From contig OZ244145.1 of NCBI GenBank assembly GCA_965216245.1, positions 2,572,097 to 2,636,096 of the forward strand: 64,000 nt of DNA. The letters run 5' to 3'. The notes beneath the pieces were generated by a model. It made no database searches. It had not been told where the DNA came from and saw only the letters and a program-made list of their open reading frames with translations. Origin of the DNA: Chloroflexota bacterium. Lineage in GTDB: Bacteria > Chloroflexota > UBA11872 > VXOZ01. Position 1 is the stretch's first letter. Each line of letters opens with the position of its first letter. Positions 21,697-31,878 of this stretch are shown here, piece by piece. Position numbers and translations under genes: made by a program.

Positions 21697-21897
21697 CACG
21701 CCACGAAGAACTGAAACACGTACAGTTTCGATGTTCTGAATTGTAACAGGCTACTTGGCAAGAGCTGTGCTTTTGTGGCTCGCCTATCCACTTTCGCGTA
21801 CATTCTTGACCAAGCCAGGCGTGGCCTCTTGAGGCGAACATGTAATTTGCAAGCAGGCTGGGCAGTAGTTATCTGTGCTTCCCGGTGCCGCATGGTA

Positions 21898-22749
21898 CTA
21901 CTCGGCGTCTTCGTCGCGGCCTAACTCCATGGCATCGATTAGGCGCGTGGCGCCGATGCGGACGGCGAGTGACGCGAGTGCCGGACCCTCGATAGCAGCC
22001 AATTCCTCCAGACTTTCGTCGTCGGCGATGCTCACGTAGTCCACGTGCGCCAGCGGTTCGCCCGCGAGCACCGCTTGCATGGCGGCGCGGAGAGCGTTGG
22101 CGTCGCGTTCTCCGTCAGCGAAACGCTCTGCCGCTGCTTGCAATGACCGATAAACGACTATTGCCGCTGCACGCTCATCCGTATTCAAGTGGACGTTGCG
22201 GCTTGCCTGGGCGAGACCGTCGGGTTCGCGCACCGTATCCACCGGCACGATCATGGTGGGAATGTCGAGGTCGCGCACCATGCGTTGGATGACGCGGAGT
22301 TGCTGGGCGTCTTTGCGGCCGAAGTAGGCCCGTTGCGGCTTCACGATGTTGAGCAGCTTGCAGACAACCGTTGTGACGCCGCGGAAGTGTCCGGGCCGCG
22401 CTGCCCCCTCCAAGCGATTAGTAAGGCTCTCTACGTGTACGAAGGTGCTGAAGTCGTCCGCATACATCGCGCCAGCTTCCGGTACGAAGACGGCATCCAC
22501 GCCCCATTCTTCGAACATGGCAAGGTCGCGCGACAGGTCGCGGGGGTAGGTAGCGAGGTCCTTGTTAGACCCAAACTGCAAGGGATTGACGAATATCGTG
22601 GCCCAGCAGTAATCATTTTCCGCAAGGGCGGCTTGTACCAGCGCCATGTGGCCCGCGTGCAGGTACCCCATGGTGGGCACCAGCCCAAGGCTGCCTTGGA
22701 CTTCTTGCCGAGCGGCGCGAACTGCTGGGATGGTGTGCAGAATCTGCAT
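21898..22749 (-). CDS. panC: Pantoate--beta-alanine ligase
   Basis: HxGH motif LHAGH. MQILHTIPAV start at 22749. Confidence 0.9.
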   Translation of the reverse strand: MQILHTIPAVRAARQEVQGSLGLVPTMGYLHAGHMALVQAALAENDYCWATIFVNPLQFGSNKDLATYPRDLSRDLAMFEEWGVDAVFVPEAGAMYADDFSTFVHVESLTNRLEGAARPGHFRGVTTVVCKLLNIVKPQRAYFGRKDAQQLRVIQRMVRDLDIPTMIVPVDTVREPDGLAQASRNVHLNTDERAAAIVVYRSLQAAAERFADGERDANALRAAMQAVLAGEPLAHVDYVSIADDESLEELAAIEGPALASLAVRIGATRLIDAMELGRDEDAE

Positions 22750-22810
22750 GCGAAAGTGTTTGGCGGTTACCTGGCGGCGTGTCACGCCTTTATTCTCGTA
22801 CATAGCGCGT

Positions 22811-23040
22811 CTTTTCACCCTGCGACAGGCTCAGGGCGAACGGGATCTAGTTCTCGTGCGCAGCGGGCCTTTTCACCCTGCGACAGGCTCAGGGCGAACG
22901 GGGTTCAATTCTCGTGTGCAGCGCGCCTTTTCACCCTTCGGCAGGCTCAGGGCGAACGGGACTCTAGTTCTCGTGTGCAGCGCCTTTTCACCCTGCGACA
23001 GGCACAGGGCGAACGGGATTCTATTCTCGCGCGAATAGGT
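22811..23040. repeat. Tandem array of 4 x ~58-bp units between panB and panC. Each unit holds the family-3 hairpin core TTCACCCTGCGACAGGCTCAGGGCGAACGG.
   Basis: Unit starts at 22811, 22869, 22927 and 22984. Confidence 0.9.
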
Positions 23041-23063
23041 CTCGCGCGCATAGGAAGTTCCCC

Positions 23064-23936
23064 TTAGCCTTCGTCAGAGGTCGGGACCAGTGTCTCTTTA
23101 CGCAAGGCGCGGGCAACTTCGTTAGGGAGCGCAAAGCTGTTTGCGCGGGTAGGAAACGTGCCGGCTTCAACGTCTTGAACATATGCATTCACGGCAGCCT
23201 GCATCTCGTCACCCAACGAAGCGTATGCCTTCGCGTGTCGCGGATGTTCGGGGCGTGGGTTGAGCCCGAGCAGATCATGCAGGACTTGTATCTGCCCGTC
23301 GCAATGCACACCTGCGCCGATGCCGATGGTGGGGATGGTCAACGATTTGGTGACCTGTTGCGCGAGCGTCGCCGGAATGCTCTCCAGGACGATAGCAAAC
23401 GCGCCTGCGCGCTCGAGGGCGAGGGCCTCGTGTTGAAGTTCTTCTGCTTCCGCTAGTGTGCGTCCTTGGGCGCGGTAGCCGCCCAATTGGTGGACCGACT
23501 GCGGCGTAAGCCCCAGGTGACCCATCACCGGAATACCGGCGGCCACCAAATCTGCCGTTACCGCAATAGTCTGCTTGCCGCCTTCCAGCTTCACCGCCTG
23601 CGCGCCGCCCTCTTGGACCAGTTTGCCGGCATTGAGGAGCGCCCGTTCGTTGGAAACCTGATACGAGAGGAAAGGCATATCGGCGATAATCAGGGCGCGG
23701 CGTGTGCCGCGCACCACGGCCTGGGTGTGGCGCAAGATATCGTCTACGGTGACCGGCAGGGTATTCTCGTAGCCCAGCACCGTATTGCCCACGCTGTCGC
23801 CAACCAGAATTGCAGGCACGCCGCCCGCTTCTACAAAGTGCGCCAGCGGTGCGTCATACGCCGTGAGCATCACAATCTTGCGCCCTTCCGCCTTCATCTG
23901 CTTGAGATCGGCGGCGGTCACGCGCGCGGTGCGCAT
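23064..23936 (-). CDS. panB: 3-methyl-2-oxobutanoate hydroxymethyltransferase
   Basis: KIVMLTAYD and GDSVGNTVLGY motifs. Confidence 0.92.
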   Translation of the reverse strand: MRTARVTAADLKQMKAEGRKIVMLTAYDAPLAHFVEAGGVPAILVGDSVGNTVLGYENTLPVTVDDILRHTQAVVRGTRRALIIADMPFLSYQVSNERALLNAGKLVQEGGAQAVKLEGGKQTIAVTADLVAAGIPVMGHLGLTPQSVHQLGGYRAQGRTLAEAEELQHEALALERAGAFAIVLESIPATLAQQVTKSLTIPTIGIGAGVHCDGQIQVLHDLLGLNPRPEHPRHAKAYASLGDEMQAAVNAYVQDVEAGTFPTRANSFALPNEVARALRKETLVPTSDEG

Positions 23937-24847
23937 GATGTCCCTCGGTTTCTTAGCGTTGCGCCCAAGAGAGACCGCAACTCTCGTTCGATAGCATCTT
24001 TGCCAGCGGCATGATCTTTGCCAGCGGCCGCGTCTTTGTCGTCGGTGGATGCGAGATCATTGTATAACATTGCAAGGGCCATTGCAGCGTACGTGAACGT
24101 ATACTGCGGCGCAGTATCTGCAATGGCTTCAAGGTTTTTCTCCACCGTTGCCCAATCTCCACGTGATACCGGGCCGGTGAGGGCGTCAGTTGGACCAAGT
24201 CGGCGGAGGTTGTGCAAGGTGCCTTGCAGCAAGGGCAACAAGGCCTGGAGCGCTTCTGCCTCAGTCTTCCCTATCGCGCGCCAGAGCGCGACACCGGCAT
24301 GCGTGAGGGCCACGGTATAGTTTGAGACCAGCACCGCAGCGGCATGATAGGCGGGTCGCGCATCCGGCGGCACATAGCCCCACGTGCACTCCAGTGCGGC
24401 AGCGATGGCTGCAAGCCGACCAAGGAGCGGCTCTTCCGCTTCAATTGCCACGAATGTGCCGGGCATATTTGTAAACGCCGCTTGAGCGTCCGGGAGCGTC
24501 TGCAGTGGATGGAACGCGCCGGGCAGAGCACCATGTTGCTCAACCACAGAGAGCACGGAGGCAGGTAACGCGCCGCTGCAGTGGACGACGCCTTGTCCGC
24601 GTTGCCAGGTTACTGCGCGGGCGACTGCGTTGATGGCGCTGTCGGGTGTGGTAATGAAGACGAGGTCGCAGGTGTCTGCGACAGTCTGGGGTCTCGCTGC
24701 TACACAGTTGGGAAGCAAGGCAGCGAGCGGCTCGGCATGGGCGGGGGACTTTCCCCCTATGGCACGGACGTTGTATCCCCGGTCTGCGAGAAGGCGCGCC
24801 AGACCTGTTCCTACGCGCCCGGGCCCGATCACGCCGATTTTCATCAC
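23918..24847 (-). CDS. Rossmann-fold/DUF2520-like oxidoreductase, a putative ketopantoate reductase of the pan cluster
   Basis: MKIGVIGPGRVG NAD(P)-binding start. It overlaps the panB start by 19 bp. The specific function is inferred from context. Confidence 0.6.
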   Translation of the reverse strand: MMKIGVIGPGRVGTGLARLLADRGYNVRAIGGKSPAHAEPLAALLPNCVAARPQTVADTCDLVFITTPDSAINAVARAVTWQRGQGVVHCSGALPASVLSVVEQHGALPGAFHPLQTLPDAQAAFTNMPGTFVAIEAEEPLLGRLAAIAAALECTWGYVPPDARPAYHAAAVLVSNYTVALTHAGVALWRAIGKTEAEALQALLPLLQGTLHNLRRLGPTDALTGPVSRGDWATVEKNLEAIADTAPQYTFTYAAMALAMLYNDLASTDDKDAAAGKDHAAGKDAIERELRSLLGATLRNRGTSCAPRA

Positions 24848-24944
24848 TCTCGTCCTCGAACAGCGATGCGCTGTATGAAGGGGAATAAGTCTAACTGCAT
24901 CGCCAAGCTCAATACCAAAAAGGACGGAAGAACGCGTGCGGCTA

Positions 24945-25475
24945 TCACCGGATCATAGCGTCGATGCGGTCACCGATGACTTCAAGCGTTTGGATGGGGA
25001 AGGTGCCCGTTTCAACGATGTTCTTAAGATCGGCAAGGAGGGTCTTAATCTCTACGATCTGCTCTTGTTGTCCCACAGAACCCAACTTGGCCGCAGCATT
25101 CAGTGAGCGCTCGACTTCGGACAATTCGCGCACCGCGAGTCCGCTTTGGCGTTCGCTCAGATGCACGCGCGCGCGGCTAATGCGCACCGATGCACGCAAG
25201 AGGTGGTTCTGGAATTGCAGTACGGAGACATTCTGATTAAGCGTCTCAGCTTGCTGCTCGACGCCGGAAACGCGCGTATCCATTGCGCTTGTGACCTGAG
25301 CGGCGTTCTGCGCCCGGTAGGCGGCAGTCTGTATGGTGGGGCGTTCCTGCCAGAGCAGGATGCCGAGCGCCAGTGCTGCCACGCCCACTGCGACGCCAAT
25401 CACAGCCAGCGCCAACGTTATAACTCTAATGTAGCTTCCCAGACGGGTGGCTAAGGAGTTTTTTGCATTTGCCAT
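24945..25475 (-). CDS. Hypothetical membrane-anchored coiled-coil protein
   Basis: One N-terminal TM helix followed by heptad-like Q/A/L-rich sequence. Confidence 0.5.
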   Translation of the reverse strand: MANAKNSLATRLGSYIRVITLALAVIGVAVGVAALALGILLWQERPTIQTAAYRAQNAAQVTSAMDTRVSGVEQQAETLNQNVSVLQFQNHLLRASVRISRARVHLSERQSGLAVRELSEVERSLNAAAKLGSVGQQEQIVEIKTLLADLKNIVETGTFPIQTLEVIGDRIDAMIR

Positions 25476-25791
25476 GCTAGGGTCTTGCTCCTAGAACAGA
25501 GGTTGTGAACACAGGGTATTCTGCCCTTTAAGCATACCAAAAAGCGGCCTGCGGGCGTACAAAACGGAGGGAGCGTGATGAGAAGCCTGGGCGAGGTTCT
25601 GATACATCGCTCCCACGTGAGCCGAAGTCCGGGAAGATAGGGAGATGAAGAACTCGCTCGTTGGCTTGCGCCGGCGCAGGCACGGCACCCCAATGCTAGG
25701 GATGATGCATGTGCACTGAAGGGGGACAAGCCGCCACACTACATTGCTGCTGTCGATTCATCTGAGAGAAACGAGCGATGCGGTAATATCG

Positions 25792-26274
25792 CTACTCGTC
25801 GTCTGCCTTCAGCGGCATGGCGTAGAAGACTTGCTGCGCCACTTCCTCAAACCCTAGGTCGGGATAGAGGTGACGGCCGATTGGGTTTTGGGTCAAGGTT
25901 TCAATGCGTGCCAACGTAAGTTGCTGGTCGCGAAAGTGCCCAAGGCAGTGTTCGATCAGCATGCGTCCGATGCCCTTGCCGCGAAACTGTTCGTCTACCG
26001 CCATATCGGGGATTTGGCCGACGCTGTTGGTGTGGTTGATGCGCGTTGTTGCGAACGCAATTACCTCACCTTTGTACTCGGCCACAAAGCAGTCTTCCGG
26101 ATGGTCGGTGAGGTCACCGGCTACCATAGGCCATTTGCGCTCGCCCCAAGGCACCGGCAAGAGACCGGGCCAGGAATTCTCGATGTTGTGCTCTATGCTC
26201 ACCCCTGTGAAGGCGGCGATGGTGAGATCCTTGACCCGCACCTCATCTTTCGGTTGATATGTGCGTATGCTCAT
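25792..26274 (-). CDS. GNAT-family N-acetyltransferase
   Basis: QFRGKGIGRMLIEH acetyl-CoA-binding motif. Confidence 0.8.
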   Translation of the reverse strand: MSIRTYQPKDEVRVKDLTIAAFTGVSIEHNIENSWPGLLPVPWGERKWPMVAGDLTDHPEDCFVAEYKGEVIAFATTRINHTNSVGQIPDMAVDEQFRGKGIGRMLIEHCLGHFRDQQLTLARIETLTQNPIGRHLYPDLGFEEVAQQVFYAMPLKADDE

Positions 26275-26482
26275 TTCCTTCAGGAACTTCTCGTCAACTG
26301 GCATTGCTCACCGTCCAAGTGTCCTTAGTTTTCTTTGGCTTTTTGACCCTCGCTGGTTGAAGCAGTGTGCTGCCTCGGCTGCAGTGGCGATTCGTAAAGA
26401 CGTCGCCACGTACTCTGACGCCCAAGGTGCATTGTTTTGCGTGGCCATGTCCGGTTTGTTGAATATTTTGCTGAACCATGCC

Positions 26483-26596
26483 GAGCGGGGAACAAGCCCC
26501 CGCGCTACAGTGGGAAGCCGCGCCGAACAGGTGACCGGTCCCCGCCCAACAATGGGAAGAGTCATCCCAAACGCCATTTCCGCTTTCGCGGGAATC
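26483..26596. repeat. Composite repeat patch. Family-1 hairpin (26483-26509) and family-2 hairpin ATTTCCGCTTTCGCGGGAATC (26576-26596).
   Basis: Direct reading. Confidence 0.8.
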
Positions 26597-26741
26597 TATC
26601 CGCTCTGTCTTCCTTGGACTTGCTACTTTCTCAAGCGGCGCGCACGATCAAGTGGAGACTTCTCCATCAAATCACAATTGACATCAAGCGAATACGACGC
26701 AGTATAAAGCGCCTACGGACATTCAAGCGATCAAGTGCCTA

Positions 26742-27485
26742 TCAGACGCCTCTGCCGCCGTCGATCACAAGTGTTTGACCGGTTACCCAGTCACCATTGC
26801 AAATGAGGTAGTGCGTTGCCCCCGCGATATCCTCAGGCGTGCCCAGGCGCTGCGTAACGGTGGATTGGCGAATCTCCTCATTGCGCTCGGGGTGACCTTC
26901 CGTCCAACGCGTGTAAATGAGACCGGGCGCAACGCTATTCACAAGTATTTCCGGTCCGAGGGCGGCGGCCATAGACTTCGTAAGAGCAATCATGGCGGCC
27001 TTGGACGCGGCATACGGCACCGAACTACCGCCGCCGGTTAAGCCGGCCACTGACGATATGTTGACAATGCGGCCGCTGCCCTGTGCCTTCATGATGGGCG
27101 TGACGGCGCGGATACCGTAGAAAGCTCCCTTCACGTTGACAGCAAAGATACGGTCCCAAACCTCATCAGTCAGCTTGTCGAGCTCCGTATGTTTGATGAA
27201 CTGCGTGTATCCCGCGTTGTTCACCAGCACGTCCACCCGTCCAAAGGAGTCTTGGGCAAACGCCACCATCTCTTTGACCTTCTCTTCGTCGGCTACGTCA
27301 GCCTTGAAGGTTACACCCTGGCCGCCGGCTGCCGTGGCATCACGGGCGGTCTGTTCGGCCTCTTTCTCCGACCTCGAGTAATTGACTACGACAGACGCTC
27401 CCTCACGCGCAAGCGAAAGGCAGACAGCGCGGCCAATGCCGGTCGCGCCGCCGGTCACGATGGCACATTTCCCTTCCAATTGCAT
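26742..27485 (-). CDS. SDR-family oxidoreductase
   Basis: AIVTGGATGIGRA motif. NNAG and YAASKAA are present. Confidence 0.85.
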   Translation of the reverse strand: MQLEGKCAIVTGGATGIGRAVCLSLAREGASVVVNYSRSEKEAEQTARDATAAGGQGVTFKADVADEEKVKEMVAFAQDSFGRVDVLVNNAGYTQFIKHTELDKLTDEVWDRIFAVNVKGAFYGIRAVTPIMKAQGSGRIVNISSVAGLTGGGSSVPYAASKAAMIALTKSMAAALGPEILVNSVAPGLIYTRWTEGHPERNEEIRQSTVTQRLGTPEDIAGATHYLICNGDWVTGQTLVIDGGRGV

Positions 27486-27498
27486 ACACTTGTCCTCC

Positions 27499-27876
27499 TT
27501 AGCGAATGATAAACCACAGGCCGACTAAGAGAAGCAGTCCAATCCAACAGTTTGCCAGCATCAACATACGAGCAGCAAAGGCGTTGGTTCTCACAATAAA
27601 GCCGGTTACCACACAGTTAATGATAATCAGCAGCAGAACTCCGAGCGGAAGGCGGAAGAGATAGACCTTGTTGGCCACGAGATCGGCTTGGCCCTGGGCG
27701 TTGAAGAGAATGGGCAGCCGTTCCGGGAGCTGCGCGAAGACGTTCAGGATGGCGCCGAGTAGGGCTAAATTGATCAGCACGGCAAGAATGAACAAGAGTA
27801 TGAACGCCTTATCCGTCCAGAACCGATAGGAAGGCGCAAGCTCAGACTCTAGGTTGCCGCCGGTTTGCTCTGCCAT
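27499..27876 (-). CDS. Small integral membrane protein (3-4 TM)
   Basis: Hydrophobic segments. Tightly linked (13 bp) to the SDR gene. Confidence 0.5.
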   Translation of the reverse strand: MAEQTGGNLESELAPSYRFWTDKAFILLFILAVLINLALLGAILNVFAQLPERLPILFNAQGQADLVANKVYLFRLPLGVLLLIIINCVVTGFIVRTNAFAARMLMLANCWIGLLLLVGLWFIIR

Positions 27877-28167
27877 CTCTTGTCCTTGGCGGTGGCTTGC
27901 GTTACTCGATCAGGCGAGCCGCCTTGCAGCGCATTAAAAAGAATTCCTCCTCACCCTAGCCCTCTCCAACGATGGAGAGGGAACTCAGCACATTCCACCC
28001 AGGTTACGCGAAGAGTTCCTTATGTTGCAGCCTGCACGAATCGTGTGTCATTTTGTCTCAACGCAGAATCGTAGAAGGCTGCAAGACCGCCAATTCTCAA
28101 TAGAAGCGCCGAAGGCTAACGGGAGAATTGCAATCAAGCGAATGCACTGGAATCTCCGGTGTTCTTG

Positions 28168-29145
28168 CTACACACTGGCACCTACCGGATAGACCGCTGC
28201 GCACCAGTCGCCATACTTCGGACTGCGGTTGCGCACCGCCTCGAAGAAGACCTTCTGCAACTGCGCGGTGACGGGACCAATCTCGCCGCTGCCGATTACC
28301 CTGCCGTCCACCTCGCCAATGGCGGAGATTTGGGCGGCTGTGCCGGTAAAGAAGAGTTCGTCGGCAATGTAGAGCTCAGTACGCGCGATTCGCCGCTCCA
28401 CCACTTCAATGCCGAATTCTTCCCGGGCCAGGGTCATCACGGCATGGCGCGTGATGCCTTCCAAGATGTTGGAGTCTGGCCCGGTGGTAATGAGCTTGCC
28501 GTCCCGCAGCATGAAGATGTTCTCGCCCGGGCCCTCCGAGACCGAGCCGTCGCCGTTAAGCATGATGGCTTCGTCGAATCCCATCTCCTTGGCTTGGGAG
28601 GTAGCCAGGGCCGAATTGATATAGAGGCCCGTCACTTTCGCCCGTGGTGGGATCACGTTGTCGTCAATGCGCCGCCAGGGAGAGATGGTGACGCGGATCG
28701 GTTTATCCAAGTCCAGGTACGCCCCAAAGGGCACGGTGAACATGAAGAAGTCATCCGGCACGTCTTCTAACCCGCCGTCGGCAGACTTGCGCACCAGTGA
28801 AAGACCGACCTGCTCAGCGCTCTTGTAAACAAGCGGGCGCACGTACACGTCTTCGCGGTAGCCGCACTTTGCAATGAGGTCGCACGCCAGCCGGGTCAGT
28901 TCTTCCGGGCTGAAGCGCAGCTTCATGCGTAAAATGTGTGCGGAGCGGTGCAGGCGTTCAAAGTGCTCACGCGCGCGAAAGAGATAGACCTGCTCATCCT
29001 CGGGTACCCAGTAGCCCCGAATGCCTTCAAAGCAGCCGGTTCCGTAATTGAGCGCGTGAGTCATGATGCCCACTTTGGCTGCAGAAAGCGGCACCACATT
29101 ACCTTCGAAAAACGCGTACGGTTCGCCCACAACCGACCTCCTCAT
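28168..29145 (-). CDS. ilvE: Branched-chain amino acid aminotransferase
   Basis: Fold-type IV aminotransferase motifs. GTGCFEGIR, the EAIMLNGDG region and the TGPDSNILEGITR segment are present. Confidence 0.9.
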   Translation of the reverse strand: MRRSVVGEPYAFFEGNVVPLSAAKVGIMTHALNYGTGCFEGIRGYWVPEDEQVYLFRAREHFERLHRSAHILRMKLRFSPEELTRLACDLIAKCGYREDVYVRPLVYKSAEQVGLSLVRKSADGGLEDVPDDFFMFTVPFGAYLDLDKPIRVTISPWRRIDDNVIPPRAKVTGLYINSALATSQAKEMGFDEAIMLNGDGSVSEGPGENIFMLRDGKLITTGPDSNILEGITRHAVMTLAREEFGIEVVERRIARTELYIADELFFTGTAAQISAIGEVDGRVIGSGEIGPVTAQLQKVFFEAVRNRSPKYGDWCAAVYPVGASV

Positions 29146-29287
29146 TAGCCCATTAGCGCATTTTCTTATGCTTTATCATGCTACATTCGCCAAGGCAGCG
29201 CAAACGCCGTGCAGCACGGCATGCTAGTGACGGGCCCTTGCGGTAGGCGTTTGCATTTAAGGATTGTTTGAATCACTGTTATGCGCG

Positions 29288-29770
29288 CTAGCGGTACGAG
29301 GCTGCCTGGAGCCGGTACAGTTCGGCATACTCGCCTTCGGCGGACAGCAGCGCGGCGTGCGACCCCTGTTCGACCAAGCGGCCCTCCCGCAGCACCAGAA
29401 TCCGGTCCGCCGCCATGTGCTGCACGGCAGCGCCGAGACGCAAGCCCGTCAGTTGACTAAGGTAGTCGCCAAGGGCGCCATCTAGGCTGCGAATGATAAA
29501 GGCGGCGAGGAGTATCAATAACCATGGGAGTATGGAAGGCCATAGGTCAGTCCGGTCGGCCAGGGAGCGCGGTAGAGCGTCGATGAGTTCGCTGAGAGCC
29601 CACACAATGAGAGGTGTGGTGATACCTGCGGCAAAGCTCTGCACCGCGAGCAATGTGCCGACTACGGGGACTTCCTTGAAGCCAAGGGTGATGACATAGC
29701 CAATCCCTACGCTTGTGGCCCGCAGGCGAGCAACGGGCTCCCGAATCCAATTCGTATGAGGCGGAAACAT
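29288..29770 (-). pseudogene. ABC exporter remnant. The TM1-2 region is fused in frame to the last ~45 aa of the ATPase domain, implying an internal deletion.
   Basis: N-terminal LSELIDALP...WLLILLAAFIIRSLDGALGDYLSQLTGLRLG resembles the start of an ABC TMD. C-terminal ADRILVLREGRLVEQGSHAALL..YAELYRLQ is the canonical NBD C-terminus. Confidence 0.45.
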
Positions 29771-30056
29771 GATGATTCCAGTGAGGTACGATCAAGAAGG
29801 ACCTGTGGCTGAACTGTCTGTTTGAGCTTGGATAGCACAGCTTCTATTGCGTTTCCGCCAACTTGGCCCAATCATTGCGTGATGACTGACCCCGAGTTGC
29901 GGGAATGTGTGCTACCCAATCAACGCAGCGGAGAACGTGCTGCGTAGAGGAGAAGTGCAGGGGCGCATTGCTGATTTGCTGGGCGACAGCCAGCGGCTGA
30001 GCAAGAGGCGCAGTGGCCTTGCTTTTCCTCTAACGGAAAGCCGATCAGGTGGGGGG

Positions 30057-31511
30057 TTACTTGGGAACGATCACGTTGACACCAACCTCATAAGAAACCA
30101 CGCCTTGTACATTCTCTGCAGTAGTGAGCAGGAAGGCGCGCGTCTCTCCTGGGAAGAGATTGCTTACCTGGCCGGTTGCCATGCCGAGGACACCGCCCGC
30201 GGCATCGAGAAATTCGCCGCCGAGGAAGAGGCTGTAGGGACGGTTGCCGTTATTCGTCACAGTGCCGCGCAACACGTGAAGATTGCCTTCTAGCGTGTAC
30301 TGAGCGGTGCTAAAGCTGATCGTACGCTCATACTCTCCGCCGCCAACCAGCGTGCCGGTAAAGCGGAGTTCCAGCGCTGCGGGCTCGGCGAAAGGATCGC
30401 TGGAAAGGAGACGTACCGCGCGTGTGGATCCCGGCAGCAGTGTAACAACGTCGCCGCTGGCATGGCCGATGACTTCGCCACCGGCGTCGATCACGAGTAC
30501 ATCTATACCGCTTGACACGCTAACGTTAGCATCGTTGCGCAGGCGCAAGTAGACACGTAAGTTCCCATGGGGCGATGAGATTACTGCCGGCGGACCCACG
30601 ATGGACAATTGATCGGCAACGCTATCGGCAAGAATGCGCTCTATGGGAAGACCCGGCGGAGTAACCGGCTGCGGCGGAGGTGGTGGCGGAGGCGGAGTCT
30701 GCTGTCCCGCAGGTGGGAGTGTGGCACTGGGCGGGGCAGAGTCCAAGCTGGCTGCAGCGGCGTCTAAAGGGATGGTGGCGGCTTGCGGAATGAGGCCGGA
30801 CTCCTTCGTAATATCTCCACCGAGCACTACCGTGACGTCCCCCACATTGGCCCAGGGCACCTTTACTTTCCAGTATTGCAGGGCAACACGCTGGGCGCGC
30901 ATGACGATCATCGGCCCAAAGTCTTGAATGGCCAATGGCAGGCCGGAAAGTTGCAGCCAATTGGGGTTACTAAGAAAACGCTCTTGCAGCGCGGCACGCG
31001 CCGCGACTAGCTCCGGCGTGTCACCGGGCTGGGCCTCGAAGATGCGGGTGAGATGACTTCGGATCGTCCCTTCCCAGTCATTGATGGGATCGTCTGACGA
31101 CCAGTCGAAGCTCTGGGGAATCTGCCGAAAGGCTTCGAGCCAGCCGTCATAGTTTGCATCGTGGAGCAGGTCGAACGTGTTTGCGATGTTCACGCTGCTA
31201 TTCGCCGAATCCCACTGTAATAGGGCTCTTTGCGTTGCCTGGTATACAAAGCCGTTTAGAATGAAGCGCCCTGAAACCGGATAACCCAACTCCGGCACAC
31301 CGCCAAACTGCTGAAAGCCGGTCCAGAAAGAAATGCCGCCATTGTCCGTGATGGCATAGCCCCTGCCGGTGTCGCTACCGGTCTGGGTATAGTACCATCC
31401 GTTGTTTACGGCGATGTCGGGGTCAACTGCCTGCGCCGAGAGTGCGGTGGGAGACCACAGAAGGAGCAGGAGTGTAATGCTGCTGAAAAGGCGAGTGTAT
31501 CGCTTATACAT
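30057..31511 (-). CDS. Secreted hypothetical protein (signal peptide, polyPro linker)
   Basis: N-terminal LLLLLWSPTALSAQA signal. QTPPPPPPPPQPVTPP linker. Confidence 0.6.
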   Translation of the reverse strand: MYKRYTRLFSSITLLLLLWSPTALSAQAVDPDIAVNNGWYYTQTGSDTGRGYAITDNGGISFWTGFQQFGGVPELGYPVSGRFILNGFVYQATQRALLQWDSANSSVNIANTFDLLHDANYDGWLEAFRQIPQSFDWSSDDPINDWEGTIRSHLTRIFEAQPGDTPELVAARAALQERFLSNPNWLQLSGLPLAIQDFGPMIVMRAQRVALQYWKVKVPWANVGDVTVVLGGDITKESGLIPQAATIPLDAAAASLDSAPPSATLPPAGQQTPPPPPPPPQPVTPPGLPIERILADSVADQLSIVGPPAVISSPHGNLRVYLRLRNDANVSVSSGIDVLVIDAGGEVIGHASGDVVTLLPGSTRAVRLLSSDPFAEPAALELRFTGTLVGGGEYERTISFSTAQYTLEGNLHVLRGTVTNNGNRPYSLFLGGEFLDAAGGVLGMATGQVSNLFPGETRAFLLTTAENVQGVVSYEVGVNVIVPK

Positions 31512-31878
31512 GTCGTTGATTTGGTACAGTGTTAACAGTAGTAATCTCTATCGTAGCGGAAGTTGCAAAAGCTGACAACGCAGTGTGCTACGCACGATTA
31601 CGAGATTCGGAAGTCTCTTGGCGGCGAAGAGATACTGCAGAGCGACTTCAGAGGCATTGCTTGCCGCCGAGAGTCCGGGCGTGCGGTAGCCCATCGACGA
31701 GAGACGTAGCCTTTTGCTGAGTAGGTGGTGTATTGCGGTGGATCGCTTGTCTCCGTTAGGTAAGAAATGGGCGGACCGCAGGCGGACGCGAAGAGCAGCA
31801 TAAATAGCTTTGAACATGCCGGTCAAGATCGGCTTGGCTAAAAATTGAATTGCCTGAACAACGAATCTTGGAGGATAC

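Noticed and set aside
22811-23040. Possible CRISPR array between panB and panC (also considered for 39940-40503)
   Set aside because: The inter-core segments are mutually similar in every unit. The units are tandem duplicates of a hairpin element, with no cas genes nearby.
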